From the NCBI GenBank assembly GCA_964106645.2, contig OZ067050.1: 64,000 bases of DNA; one strand, given 5' to 3'. The position numbers were made by a program, and so were the translations under genes. Source of the stretch: Podarcis pityusensis. Its lineage: Eukaryota. Positions 50,205 through 63,816 of the stretch are shown here, one piece after another (position 1 is the stretch's first letter; every line of letters starts with the position of its first letter). The notes under the pieces are model-generated. The model saw only the letters and a program-made list of their open reading frames with translations, was not told where the DNA came from and made no database searches.

Positions 50205-50601
50205 CTCTCTGGCGATCACCTGTAGCCGAGTAAGATTGTCTTCCATAAACACGGTTTTAACAGTGAGTCTGTAAGTGACTGTGGAGGCCAAGTCTGGATC
50301 CACACGTCCTTCCACAGTGGGGACATAGGTTTTTGGGCAGGAGCTGATCACGGTGTGGATTTGCCAAGCGTGCCTTTCTCTTAGCACATTTCTCCCTTGC
50401 GTCCTGAGTTCAAGCGTCTTCAAAGCCCATCACACCTTTGGTAAAGGCTGTTCTGCAACAGGAGCGCTCGCAGGCCAGTGTTTCCCGGTTGTCGGTATTT
50501 ATACAACATTTTTTTAGATTTGCCTTGAGAGAGTCTTTCAACCTCTTTTGTTGACCACCAGCATTACGCTTTCCATTTTTAAGTTTGGAATAGAGTAAAA
50601 G
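50205..50601 (-). mobile_element. RTE LINE 3' fragment
   Basis: Minus strand reads LKNGKRNAGGQQKRLKDSLKANLKK...ETLACERS...CPHCGRTCGSRLGLHSHLQTHC*, with an internal stop; typical RTE ORF end with a C2H2 finger. Confidence 0.85.
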
Positions 50602-53580
50602 AAAGGCAAAAGGGAAAATGTCAGAAAGATATTTTTACACAATCCCAAAAGGGTCTGGTGAAGGGCTTCCTGGGACATGTTTTTAAGGCATGAGAAAACA
50701 ACAGAGAGCAAGACCACAGCTTGCTCTCCTTCTCCTAAAAGGTTGGGCAAGATGACCCTTGGGACCCCTTCCAACACTACAATTCTATTCTTCAAATGAA
50801 ATAATTGTGATGATGTGAACCAACATGTGCCTGTCAAAGGCATACAGTTAATTAGTGTTTATTGGCCCTGATCCAGAACCAGGAGCAAAAGGCTGTTATC
50901 ATAGTTAACATCTTCTGTTAATTATAACGAGCCAAAGTTCTCAGAAAAGATGTCTGAGGGAGAGTTGGATCCTGCAAGTTTCCTTCTCGACGGGCAGAAA
51001 GAGAGGTCTGCATACAGAGGACAAGGCCCAGGGTCAGAGCCCTCCAAGGCAGCCATGGAAAGCTTGGAAGCTAGTGCTGATCCACCACCAGTGGCGCTCC
51101 AAGTGGGGAAGGGCCAGGGTGTCCCACGGCCATTTCTGGGGAGACTGTGGATCTGCAGAACACTACATCCCATCTCTGCTTGCTATCTTTAGGAAAGGGG
51201 TGAGTAAGACTCTGGCAGAGAGAGGTCTGATACTGGAGCTGCTCCTGATGGCTAGATTAGAAATTGTACATCAAATGAAGGGTCTTGTGACCTCTCTTTC
51301 AATGCTTGGTATGCAAAAAGGCCTGCCTCTTAGTAAGAAGTGGACTCAAAACTGCCAGGAAGCAAGGGGAGGAAGAAGCAAAAGGCAAGTTCTCTGAGAT
51401 GTGGTTTCAATTTATTGTTTAATGCTCATAATAAAGATTAGATGCTCCAGCCTCTGAAAGTCTCATCTTTCCTTTTGGTTGGACTCAGCCAGTTTCAGCC
51501 AGACCTGCAATTTCAGGATGCTAATGAATTTTCTGTGCTGAATCATTGTCTGCCCTATTTTTGGTGTTACTAAGGCAATTTCGTTGTTTGCTTTTTTTTT
51601 GTGAGAAGAGTTCAGTGGTTTGCTTTTTTTTGTGAAAACTTCAGTGGTTTGTTTTTTTTAAAAAAAAAATCTCATACCTGTCTCAAGAACAAAACCAGTG
51701 GGGTTGGTGTGAATTGGAAAGAAGGACACAAAAATCCATCTGCAAGTTGAACAAATTTCCGAAATACAAGAATGGTCTTGTATGTTCCCAACAGGAAGCA
51801 AGAAAGAGCAACCTATCGGAAACCCCTTGCCCCACAAAAAGAAAAAAAAACCCGGAACAAGTTTCTGAAAAATAAGCAAATGCTGGCTTTGCATAATTTG
51901 TTGTGATAGCCTAATTCAAATGATCTCTGTGCCAAATTATAATAAGCACAAATCTGTCAGCCCACAGAACCCAAGGAAATGTTCGCAGTTTCAGGAAAGG
52001 ATTGGCTTTAATGCGCCAATACTGCTCCCTAGTGAACCGGTGGAGATGCTGTTGCTAAAATCCTCTCCCTCCTTCGCTCTAGGCTTTTTCTCACAGTACA
52101 GGCAACCACATTAAAGAGTTCGGCACTGGCGAGATGCCGAGCGGCCGGTTTAATCTCTAGTGGGGGGGGAGAGACCCGATTATAATAACAACTGCCGTTG
52201 AGTCAGAACATGGCTCTTATCGTACAACTTTGCAATCAAGTCAGTAACCACCTTTGATGGGGGCGGAGAAGCTAATCAGGGTGGAATGACAGCATTCACT
52301 TTGGCAAGACGGACTATGAGTAGACTCGAAACACCAGCAGGATGCAGTGAAGAGTTCTGTTAAGTGCATGCTTAAAAGGGCATGCTTACAACTGTCTCCT
52401 CTTTTTCCTACACAAAAATAAGCTGTGTCCAAACCCCTCAAAATAACAATAATAACCCAGATCAGGCATGTGGTATGAGGGAGAGGGTGCAAACTCTTTC
52501 TTCTCTGTGTTGTTTTCCCAGCAAAAGTATTACAGATGAACAAATCTGTCAACATCAATTTCTTTTCGTTCCTCGTTCTTCCAGTCTTAAATCCAGTTCT
52601 TCCATATTTCTACATCAGTTTGCATTTTTAAAAAAAAAAACAAAACAAAAGTCCTCATGAAAATGTGCCAACATTTTGGTGTACATTGCTTCTAAAATAT
52701 GCATTTTTGTACGCAGGTTTACCAAACACACGCATCTTTCTTTAAGCAAATTTCCTGAATGCACTTTTGTACATTAATTTCACTAATATATGTATTACGT
52801 TGCATGGTTTCCCCCAATATACACATTTCTGAGTTGGAGAACTGCATCTCAAAATTCAGAGAAGTGTGAATTTTGAAAGGTAGCTGTGTTTCAGTTCATG
52901 CATAAATATTTTTCAGGAAGTGAAAATTACAAAAATAAAGTGTGAACCAATCTGAATTTCTCCTCCATCCCTACCTACTCTGTATAACAATCCCACAGGA
53001 GCTCCAGCTAAAGCAGATGTGGGGATGCTTTGTAAAACTGCTAGCACATTTGCAAAGCAAAGCAGGGTCTGTTATGGTTTCAAGCTGGATGGGGCACAGT
53101 GTGTTGAAATTCCTACATTGCAGAGGGTTGGGCTAGATGACCCTCGGGGTCACTTCCAACTCTTCAATTCTGTGATGGTGAACTACAACTCCCATCGTCC
53201 TTGACCATTGGCCGTGCTTGCTGCAGCTGATGGGAGTTGTAGTTCAGTAACATCTGGCAGGGCAAATGATTCTCAAGCCTGAGCTGAAGCGTTGCTCTGA
53301 GAATTCTGAGCTACATGGGATATTGATATAACTAGTGGTGCCATCAGTGCGGGATTTTGAGGGTGCTCAGTGACAAAGTCTAGGACACCACACAGCAGAA
53401 AGAGCAGCCAAACACAGCAAGACTATCTTACTACATTGTCAAGTGATTGAAGCAACAGGCATTATCATCTGTAAAACACACACCCAGCACAGCTGCTCAC
53501 AAAACCTGTTAACTCCAGAGTCCACAACACTGGGCATAACTCTATTGTAGAAGCCTATATCTTCACCACACTGCTTAAAA

Positions 53581-53788
53581 TACAGTGGTACCTTGGTTCT
53601 CGAACTTAATCCATTTGACTCCCAAAACGGTTCGAAAACCAAGGCTTCCTGCACTCAAGCAGAAGCTGCGTCAGATGTTCAGCTTCCGAAAAATGTTCAC
53701 AAACCGGAACACTCACTTCTGGGTTTGCAGTGTTCAGAAGCCAATTTGTTCAGGAGCCAAGCTGTTTGAGTACCAAGGTACCGCTGTA
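53581..53788. mobile_element. Tigger-like MITE
   Basis: TA-CAGTGGTACCTTGG...CCAAGGTACCGCTG-TA. Confidence 0.8.
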
Positions 53789-54503
53789 TTAATTTCTAAG
53801 AGGTTTTCTTTCACAGCTAGTGTTAGGAACACATAGAAGCGGGCACATGATTGGCTTGAGCTTAAATTTAATGACATGTGAAGGAGAAAATGCTAGGGAA
53901 AAATGAGGGGGACAAGCTTTCTGAAGTAGGCAACAAGCGACAAAGCAGACACATTGAGAAATCCATTTGTAAATTCAAAACAGCAAGGTATTTCTCCGCT
54001 ACTCCTGCTACTAAAGAATGGGCGCTGCCATTGTAGAAAAAGAAACTCCACTGTGTTTTGTTATTTAAGCTATTGATAATCCTTGGGTTTAAATATCCAG
54101 TGTGATCAAACTCAGTCACACTTTAATACAAATAAATTAAGAAAGGCTGTTATGGCCTGGCATCTAAGCTGTGGGAAGTGTACATAATGTACACAATGTT
54201 CCTGCAGATCCTTGTGGGTCAGAGTGGGAATGCACTACTGCTGGAATATCACACGGGTCTAAAGTATCACTGCCACATCAGGGGCATTTTTTTGGAGCAT
54301 TTTTTAAACTCACTTTCCCACTTAGGAAGGGGTCCAGGGCAACTATCAAACGGAAAGTAAAACGGAAAAGTAAAACAATCACTTCCCCTGAGCATCAGCT
54401 ATTTTGATTCTGTAGCAACTGGGAATTCGACTCCATTGCGGATTTTGCTCTTGATCTCACCTAGTTAAGTTCCCAGTGGGCAATCTGCTGTGAGAAAAAT
54501 CAG

Positions 54504-54648
54504 AGAATCATAGAAGTGTAGAATTGGAAGGGACCCCAAGGCCCATCTAGTCCAGCCCCCTGCAATGCAGGAATCCCAGGTGAAGCATCCATGACAGATG
54601 TCCATCCAACATCTGCTTAAAGACCTCCAGTGAAGAAGAGTCCACAAC
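54504..54648 (-). mobile_element. CR1 3' fragment
   Basis: agaatcatagaa...ggaagggacccc...catctagtcc...ttaaagacctcc. Confidence 0.75.
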
Positions 54649-55132
54649 TCTCTTTCACACAAATGTGTGGCTCTCCTGTACTTCCCTGAAACAAGTGGGG
54701 TATGTAAAGAAAACGTTGAGGTCTAAAAAGAACGCACTGCCCAGTTATTCCATGTGGAATCATTACGAGTAATTAATCTGAATTTATGCCGTCCTTCTGA
54801 TGCTGCCAGCTCACTTGCTGTGCCGCATCTTCAAGCGGTAAATCTAATTTAACTTAATGTACGGTAAGGTTTGCAGTTCGTAAGGACATAAGAAATGTCG
54901 AGCTGGGTCAGGCAAGAGGCTCATCTACTTCAGCATCCTGTCCTCACCATGGGGAGCCAGATCCATGTATGAAACCCACAAGGAGAACCCAATTGCAACA
55001 TTACTCTCCATCCTTCTGATTCCCAGCAGGTAGCATTCCGTGGCATGCCGTCTCCCACAGTGGAGGGAGGAGCATTAGTGTAAGAGGAACATAGAATCAT
55101 GGAATTGTAAAGTTAGAAAAGTTCATCTAGTG

Positions 55133-55270
55133 CAGCCTTTCTCAACCTGTGGGTCCCCAGATGTTGTTGGACTACAACTCCCATCACCCCTAGCTAGCAA
55201 GGCCAGAGCTCAGGGATGGTGGGAGTTGTAATCCAACAACATCTGGGGACCTACAGATTGAGAACCACTG
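55133..55270. mobile_element. hAT MITE (palindromic)
   Basis: CAG...TTCTCAA/TTGAGAA...CTG termini; 8-bp TSD atctagtg. Confidence 0.85.
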
Positions 55271-57223
55271 ATCTAGTGCAATAGCTGCTGCCAGCTACGT
55301 ACCTCTCCACTGAAAAGGACTTCCTTAATCTGGTTTGCTTAGTCTTCGATGTTTTGCCCTTGTGTTGCTCCAAATATTCACCATGGACTCCCATGTCCAT
55401 TGAGGCACTCACAAAACAATGAAACCAACATCAGACGCTTGCAGCTTTCCTATCGTTTTTAGGGAGTGAACAGCTCTTGGGTGCCTTCAGAATATTCCAG
55501 TTCCAAAGGAGCATCGTCCCTAACTCCCCATGGAACATGTGCCCCAGGAGCAAATCTGGGGTGGGGGGGGGGCTTCAATTCTGTGTACATATACTTGGGA
55601 GTAAGTCCCAATGAACTCATTGAGACTTGAATCCAAGGAAAGATGCATAAGACTGTGCTGTAGGGATGGAGAGAAAATGTAGTTTCCATTTGCATTTTAA
55701 GGCGAACCCACCAAACATGCACCTCCTGAAAAAATACATGAACCAAACTGCAGTCGTCTTATCGAAATTCACATTTCTCTGAATTTTGCAATGCAGTTCT
55801 CTAACCAAGTAACGTGTATTAAAATGCAAATGAGGCAATAGTGTGCATAAAAATGCACATGTTTGTGAAAAGAACATACAAAAATGCATTATATTGAAGG
55901 AAATTATTTTCCATAAATGTTATACTATGGAAAGTCACATAAAAACATGCATATTATGAGAAGTTTGCACTAAAAAGCTGATGCATTTTTTAAAAAAAAT
56001 TGCACACACACAAACCGATGTGAAAATATGGAAAACTAAACTTAAGACTGTAAATTTTTACTTGGGAATAAGTCCCACTGAAGTTAACAGAACTTATTTC
56101 TCAGAGCTGCACTTTTCACAAAAACCACAATTTTAATGTGTAGTCACAGTTCTTTTCCATGAGGGCCATAGGCATGCCTCTTGGAGCATTTTTGCACAGG
56201 ATGCAAACATCTGTTTACCCACTTTTCATACCTGCACTTCAAACATCATACCTATATTGAGCAGAGAGCACATACATTCCAGCTGAAAAATGACTCTCCT
56301 CCACCTTCTATGTCACATAACGTTTTACAGGTATGCAGAAAGGAAGCGAAACAGCTCTTTCTGTGCTGTGGGTGAAACACCATTTTGTAACTCCCAGCTC
56401 TGCCACAGAAGCCCCCCATCTTGCAGAAACTCCCCATACGAAACAGCAAGTGGGCATTCATTTGCCATTTTTAATGATAATGGGTGATGCTCCACATTGG
56501 GTTGTGTTAAACTTTTACTCAGAGCAGATTTGCTGAAAGTTGTTGGCCATGACTAGCTTGGGTCTGTTCATTTCAACAGGTCTACTCTGAGTAGAAGTTA
56601 CTTGGATGCAGCCCATTGTGTCCCTCAGTTCAGGATATTTTGCACCTCAGAGATGTTTGGAGAGGCTTTATAAGAAGTCCAGAAGTGTGGAAGAGTCTTT
56701 ACAATGAGAAGCCTTCCATGTCCATATTCCTTCGGCAGCAGGGGGTTGCTACTGGTAAGCGTGAACGAAGCAAAAGGTTGAACGAAGCAAAAGAGAACAT
56801 GATCCCATTAGAGCAGATATTCCCTCCACACAAAGAGAAAAATTGTGGCTGCAAGGCAAACTCTGAGGTCCGGCAGAAGTGCTGTTAAGTGAATGACAAG
56901 ACATACAAACAAGCGCCTGTCACCTAGAGATTCGCTCTGGGAACACAGAGCGTTATGCCTAGGGGTCTAGGAGATGAAGGAGAGAAGAATTACTCACCCG
57001 CAATTACAATATCGTAATGAATTTTTAACTTTGTTCCACCCTACTCCACCCCCCGGCATAACAAACGCCCTTGAGGCACCAAACTGCAAATGGACACTGT
57101 GTTGAATTAGGAGAGGGGGGAGGCAGGGATGAAAAGCTGTTGAAATTGAGATCCGCTGAGTTGACAAGAAAAAAATAAATGCCACAGGTAGGAGGCATTA
57201 CAAAAGCAACACCCTCACAACCC

Positions 57224-57234
57224 TATATATAAAA
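57224..57234 (+). promoter_or_regulatory. TATA box of keratin gene D
   Basis: TATATATAAAA about 100 bp upstream of the ATG at 57334; CACCC box upstream. Confidence 0.8.
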
Positions 57235-57333
57235 GGCAGAGGAAACCGCCCTGTTAGCACACTGCCTGTCTGTCTGTCTTTCCTGATTCTCTTTCAACTT
57301 TTCCTCGCTGCTTTTTGGCATCCCTCAGCTAAC

Positions 57334-60300
57334 ATGTCTACTCGGATATCGACCTCCTCGAGGAGAATTTCTTCCTTTGTCAGTGGGGACGGAGGTGCCA
57401 AAATGGGCAGCGTTGGAGGAGGCAGTCTGTACGGTTTTGGCGGGGGGTCCATGGTCGCTCTAGGCAGTGGCTATGGAGGGGCTGCATGCGGTGGGTTTGG
57501 TGGACCTGGCTTTGCAAGCGGAGTTGGCTTCGGCGGGGGGTCTGGCTTTGGTGGCGGGGCTGGCTTTGGCGGCGGGGCTGGCTTTGGTAGCGCCTCCGTG
57601 GGAGGCGGTGGCTACGGAGCCAGCTACCGCTCCAGCTCGGCGGTGTCCTTGGGTGGCGGCTATGGAGGGGCCGACAGCGTCTTCCTGGCTGGGGCTGAAA
57701 AGGAGACCATGCAGAACCTCAACACCCGCCTGGCAAACTACCTGGAAAAGGTGCGCTCTCTGGAGGAGGCGAATGCTGAGCTCGAGCTGAAGATCCGCCA
57801 CTGGTATGAGAAGAATGGGCCCGGGGCTCCTGGAGTGACCCGCGATTACAGCAAATATCACCAGATCATTGAGGATCTGCGCAACCAGGTGAGGAAACAA
57901 ACGCTGGGTAGAAGCATCCCCTAAGTCACACCTAAACGAATGGAATCTGTGTGAGGGATTTGCTATTGGACATCTCCCCTGCAATTCTGCACAGCTTGTT
58001 AAAGTGGCATTGGAGGAGCCAATTATGTACAAAACGAGATAATGCACATAAATATGACTGTATGCTAAAGTAAGCAGACCAAGATGACGAATTTTAAAAA
58101 ATTTCTTTACCTGTTTTATCACTCATAAATGTATGTAGTGTAATCAGGGGGGAAAGTTCAACATGGATGGTTTTTCTTTCTTTCTTAGCACTAGGAACCC
58201 AAATGCAAAATTATAATGGGACGAAACTGGCATAGGCATACAAAGCTGCTTTATGACCAGTCATTTCATTGGTCCAGGCAAGCCAGTAGCTATGGCTCTC
58301 TGGGGCTTTAGAGTGGAGTTTTCCCCAGCCTTACCTGGAGATACCAGAAAATGAACTCAGGGACATTTTTTACAAGTGAACCACAAGCTACAAGCCTCAG
58401 TTACAAGCCTCAATCTGCTTAAGCAAGATGGGGTGCCCACTCATTTAAAACTCTAATGAATGACATTTCTTCAGAACAATAACAGTCTGAATTACTGGTG
58501 CTTATTTCTGTTAGCAATAAAGGTCTTGTCCACATATTAATTCAACAGAAGGACTGGAATAGAAGCCAAATTAGTCTTGGTTTGTTTGTTTGTTTGATCA
58601 TCAAGTTCATGTAACAGGAGAAATCCAGATGAAATTCAAGTGCTTTAGCTGAATAATTGTTGTAAAAGCTAACATCGTCTATTCTTATTCTTCATATTCA
58701 AAACATTGGGGAGATTTATTTATTTTTTAAGTCAGTTTTTATTTGCACTACTGTACAAATCAACCCTGATTATGTACGAAATGCATTAGCTGTTAATCTG
58801 GAAGTGAGCATTTTCCCCACACAAAATAACCTTGTTTGATTCTTTTAATATTTCGTTCCAGATCGTCAATGTGACCATTGACAATGCCAATGTAGTCTTA
58901 CAGATTGACAATGCCAGGCTGGCTGCTGATGACTTCAGACTGAAGTAAGCTAAATGCAAAACTTTTCTGCTTTTTTTTTTTTTAAGCAAAATGTAGGTTC
59001 TTAAGTTTTGCACCCCACTCCCTTCAGTAGCATTGGGTCATTGGGGTCTACTTAATTCACCAATAATGTAATGCAAGTTTGAAATCAAAACCCCACCTCT
59101 AATGCTATGGTCTGTTAAAACTGGGTGAATTTGGTAATTATCAGCTATGTCGAAAAATGAGTAGAGATACATAATGCTACTTCTTCTGCTAGACACAGTA
59201 AGACTATAGTGATACATATGATATCAAGTCTACCTTCTACCAACCCAAATGCTTGTTTGCTTTTGTTAGGATCCAGTGAAATAAAACAGTGCTGGGACGA
59301 GCTGGGTTTTGAAGCCCTGTCTCCCAGGTGCAGATCTAACAACTCATCTGCTGGCTCTTAGTAAATATCTGCTGTAATTATCTTAGAGTCCAAAGGGATC
59401 TCACTAGGGCATCTATCAAATCCCCTCCAGCTCCCAGCAGCCTTCCATGCCCCATCCCACATGGTTTGGAAGTTCCCATAAAGGATTTTGGGGTGACTTC
59501 AGAGGGTGGCCAGGATGCAAAACTCGCCTTCTGTGTACATTCTTGCAGGAGTGCCAGCTTGGCTCCGGGGCCGTGGGTACCTGGGGCCATGGGTGTCATG
59601 CAGCATGCATGGCCCTGGCACCGAAATTTGTGGGTGCCCGGCCTCTTCATGGGGAATTTTGTGGGTGCTTAGGACCCCAGGAAGTTGGCACCTCTGCTTC
59701 CTTGAGTTAAGCTCCTCGCTCTGGCCATTGAAAATTGAAGAACTGATAAGCTCACTGTAATGGACTTTAGGGCTATGGGGCTAAGGATCTGTCTTTGTGC
59801 TGCATTTGTTGTGTTTGTGTAAGCTACATAACCCACCCTGGGACCTTCTGGTGAAGGGCGGTTAAGAAACACAATAAAGAATGACAATGTTGCAAGCGCC
59901 TTCGATCCTGATCTTGCCGTTTCATTTGCTGTCTTTACAAGCGGCTAATCTGAGCCATCTCCATATATATCTCATAGCTTTGTATGCTCACTTGCCCCTT
60001 TCAGGTTTGAGAACGAGCTCTTCCTTCGCCAGAGTGTTGAAGGAGACATCAATGGTCTGCGCAGAGTGCTTGACGACTTGACCATGAACAGGTCTGACCT
60101 GGAAGCACAGCTTGAAAGCCTCACAGAGGAACTAGCATACCTTAAGAAGAACCACGAAGAGGTAACCAAGTTTCGTTCCACCACCATCACCCCTTTTCAG
60201 TAGTTTTTCACTCTAATCCAGTCCAAAGGCAGGACTGTGTGAGTCTTTGGGATGCAGGACAAGTGCCTAGCACAGTGCTGCAGATCAAAACGTTTGTTTA

Positions 60301-63204
60301 GACAAAAGGAAGCTCAAATTCATTCCTTACTTAGCCCCAAAGTAGAGCACCTCCTGGGCAAGTCAACTTCTGCCTAACCTACCCCACATATTTAATTCAA
60401 TTATAATAGTCCACCTAAATCCAAGATGCAGAATGAGGAACATCACAAATATTTCAACTTCTTGCATGAAGTCAATAGAAGAACAGTATAATAATAATAA
60501 TAATAATAATAATAAGTACTTAAAACCAGCTTAGACAACCCTTCTTACAGTACCAGGTGTGGGGTTTCAAAAGCTTTCAGGAGGACGCAAGTGTAATTGT
60601 AAAAGCACGGTGGTAAGACTTGTGAAATAATTCCACAGAAATTGTTGGGAAAGTGAGCAGGGACTAGCACAGAGTCCTGACTTTTCATCCATGTTTATTG
60701 GTTGGGTTAGCTCATATTATGCCATATGGATATGAAATCCTGTTACATCACCGTGCAGAAAGAATGAATAAATTCCATCACTCACCTTCAGTCTCTGACC
60801 GCATTTGTTACATCACACCATTGTGCTTGAGCACAAACGAGAAATCACGCCCTTATCAAAGACTCCATCTGAACTACCAGGAGATGACTATCTAAATTAA
60901 GTTCAAATTGTGCCATAAACTGCTTTAATTATTAGTGTGTGCTCTCTCCTAATGTCTACCCATTGCTGTGCCTGTGTGGTCCAATGTTACTACACAAAGT
61001 TATGATACACAGGGCTCTGTGGGCCCCGTAGCTTAGGCTGGGGCTGCCCCCAAAAAAAATCTATAGGCAGAGCATCGTTTTACGCCTTCACTGTGTAAGG
61101 TAAAGCTGGCATATTTAGACTAGAATGGAGACAGGCGCTCCTGCAATTAACCCTCCATTCTTTGGGAACACCCTTCCCTTGCTTAGATTCCTTTATGCCT
61201 AGTGGGTGCTCCGGGGCCAGGCAGGGAGAATGGATCTTCCTTCAGAGCTTCCCAGGCCCTAAGGCTAGTTTCGGTAAATGAGATGCAGATCATTTTCTCT
61301 GTGATATTTGTCCTGGGAACAAATCCAAGAAAAATAAAATTAAGGATAATGGTTTACCAACTTCTGAAGATGCTGCCACTGGCTGTCATGAAAAGCTTAA
61401 GGTGGCTGTTTCATTGTCTCTACTTAGGATGGTAGTATACAAGTTTCATGGTTACAGGGGAACGGCCCGATATCTTGTGTATATGCTCAGAAAGATGGTT
61501 TCACAATTATTCATAGTACCTGGACAGAGCCCAAGTAAACTGAAATCAGGTCATTGGATTGAGCACTGGCTCGGCTGAAGGACCTGCCTAGTCCTTCTCT
61601 GAATACTCTCTTCACCAGATAATGCTTCAGTGCAGATGTTTTGGACTACAATATCCATCAACCCCAATGGTCAATGGTGAGAATGGCCAATGGTTGGGGA
61701 TGGTGGGAGCTGTAGTCTAAAACATCTGAAGAGCATGAGGTTGGGAAGGGGTTTCTTAGACCATCTGCCTAACAAGGGCTGCCATCTATTGCAAAAATAT
61801 AAAAGGCTATTATGAGACTTTCAATCCAGGAAGCCTTTTGAGCACTTAACAAAAAATTCTATACAAAACCTATGCTGTTGTGGTCATTTCCTGTGTAATA
61901 AAGACACGTTTACACACTGATAGCAGAGGATATGGGACCCCCCCCCACACACACACACAGACACACACCATGATACTCAGAGGTACCATAAGAAGAGAAA
62001 GACAATGCTTGGAATATTTTTGTACGAATTTTACTGTGGATGACGTCCTTCTAGATAAGAAGTTGATGAATCACTGTTTACTGACTTTACACTGCTTCAT
62101 CATCTCAAGTTAACCTGCTTCTAATATTCATGCCCAGGAAATTAACTTGCTGAGAAGCAGCTCTACGGGTGACGTCACAGTGGAAATGAACGCGGCTCCA
62201 GGAGTAGACTTGACTAAACTGCTGAACGAAATGAGGGCGCAATATGAAGACCTCGCAGATCAAAATCGCAGAGAGGCGGAAGAACAGTTTCACAAAATGG
62301 TAAGATGGATGGGCGGCTGCTGAAAGCAAATTCTATTTGATGCGTTGCATCAAGCAATATTCGCAACAAATGCATAGGGGAGGGCGGGAAAGAATGTGCA
62401 CAAGATGACCATCACATACAAAAATGTATTCTGTTAGCGGGATGTTTGCAAAAACATGTACATTACTCAACAATGTGTGCAAAAACCTGTTCATGCAAAG
62501 AAATACACATTAAATGCTGATGAATTTTCATGAGGATTTTTTTTTTTTAATTGCAAATTGCTGCAGAAATATGGAGAGCTGAATTTAGGATTGGAAAGTG
62601 AGAAAGGGAGAGAACTGGAATTAGCATATCCTTCCCCACCACCACCACCACCACTCCTCTTACCATTATACTGGACAGAATGAATCTGTATCAAATTCCT
62701 ACATGCCAGAAGCACAGTTGTGACCAGTTGTGCATTACCTCCCCCACAATGGGCAGAAAGAAGACCCATATTTGATGCCAAACTGCATAGGCTAATTTAT
62801 ACGTATAGGTGTAAATTTAGAAATAATACCTATAATGTAAACACAAACGCAACAATGCATCACACCATAGCGGTAAAGGCTATGATCAGGTGATCTGCAT
62901 GCCCACTCACCAAGTGCTAACTGTTGATGGGCAACTTCAAAGCCCCCTGATGAACTCCCCACCTATTTTATCATTTAACTGGGCTTGAACTGGACAGCCC
63001 TTCAAATAGAAGACTGCCCTCCATACAAGAGGAAAATATTTCGTGCCAAGTAACATCTTATTGATTTTTCTCCCACAGAGCCAACCACTGCAGCAACAGA
63101 TCTACGATGACGCCGGCGCAGCAAACTCCGCCAGGAACGAGTTAATTGAGCTGAAACGCTCATTCCAGGCGTTGGAGATAGAGCTACAATCCCTTCTGGC
63201 TAAG
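57334..63204 (+). CDS. KRT24: Type I keratin gene D (K24-like), partial: exons 1-5, continues beyond window
   Basis: join(57334..57888,58862..58944,60005..60161,62138..62299,63079..63204), GT-AG introns, canonical exon sizes. [31 protein letters not shown] and [17 protein letters not shown] resemble human K24 (QAQISTDAGAATSAKNE, recalled). The keratin call is secure; the symbol is tentative. Confidence 0.9.
57526..57594 (+). repeat. 18-bp coding repeat (GFGGGA/S) in gene D head
   Basis: About 4 ggctttggYggcggggct-type units. Confidence 0.8.
60489..60514. repeat. (AAT)n microsatellite
   Basis: Direct inspection. Confidence 0.9.
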
Positions 63205-63678
63205 GTATGTGCTTTGCATCTCCTTTTCCTTGGACTGCAGGGTTTTTGAAAGCAGGCTGAGTTCTCTTTGGAGGGCTCGGCTTTTGAGATAAATGTCATT
63301 TTAAAAAAAAACTGCTTCCAGATTCATAGTTTAAGGTGGAGTTATAGGCTGCAATCATAGAGAGTAGAAACTTCGAAGCAAAATAAATGCAGGCCCCAGA
63401 ATCCTAGAAGCTCAGAGAACAGCAGGGTGCTTCTCCCAGGATGCTTGGCTGCCAGTATCCAACACACTGCATCAGGATCAGATATGGTGATTTCTCTTCT
63501 ATAGCCCCACACATGTCTGTAGTTTCTAGGAAGTCCAAGGGTAGCCAATGTGGCACTCGCCAGATGTTGCTGGACAGGACTACAACTCTCATCATCCCTG
63601 ACCATTGGCCATGTTGGCTGGGGCGGATAGGCGTTAGAATCCCAACATGTAGAGGTCACCATGATGGCTGCCCATGCC

Positions 63679-63816
63679 CAGTGTCTCCCAAACTTGGGTC
63701 TCAAGCTGTTTTTGGACTACAGTTCCCACCTTCCCTGACCACTGGTCCTGCAAGGTAAGGAGGATGGGAGTTGTAGTCCAAAAAAATAGCTAGAGGCCCA
63801 AGTTTAGGAAACACTG
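63679..63816. mobile_element. hAT MITE (palindromic)
   Basis: CAGTGTCTCCCAAACTTGG...CCAAGTTTAGGAAACACTG. Confidence 0.75.

Noticed and set aside
50115-50423. 102-aa ORF, and an apparent TATA plus zinc finger suggesting a small gene
   Set aside because: The alternative frame is the RTE LINE ORF C-terminus with an internal stop
51577-51660. ~31-bp tandem duplication (also about 17060-17110 and 56762-56793)
   Set aside because: Simple local slippage duplications; no spacer structure, not CRISPR-like
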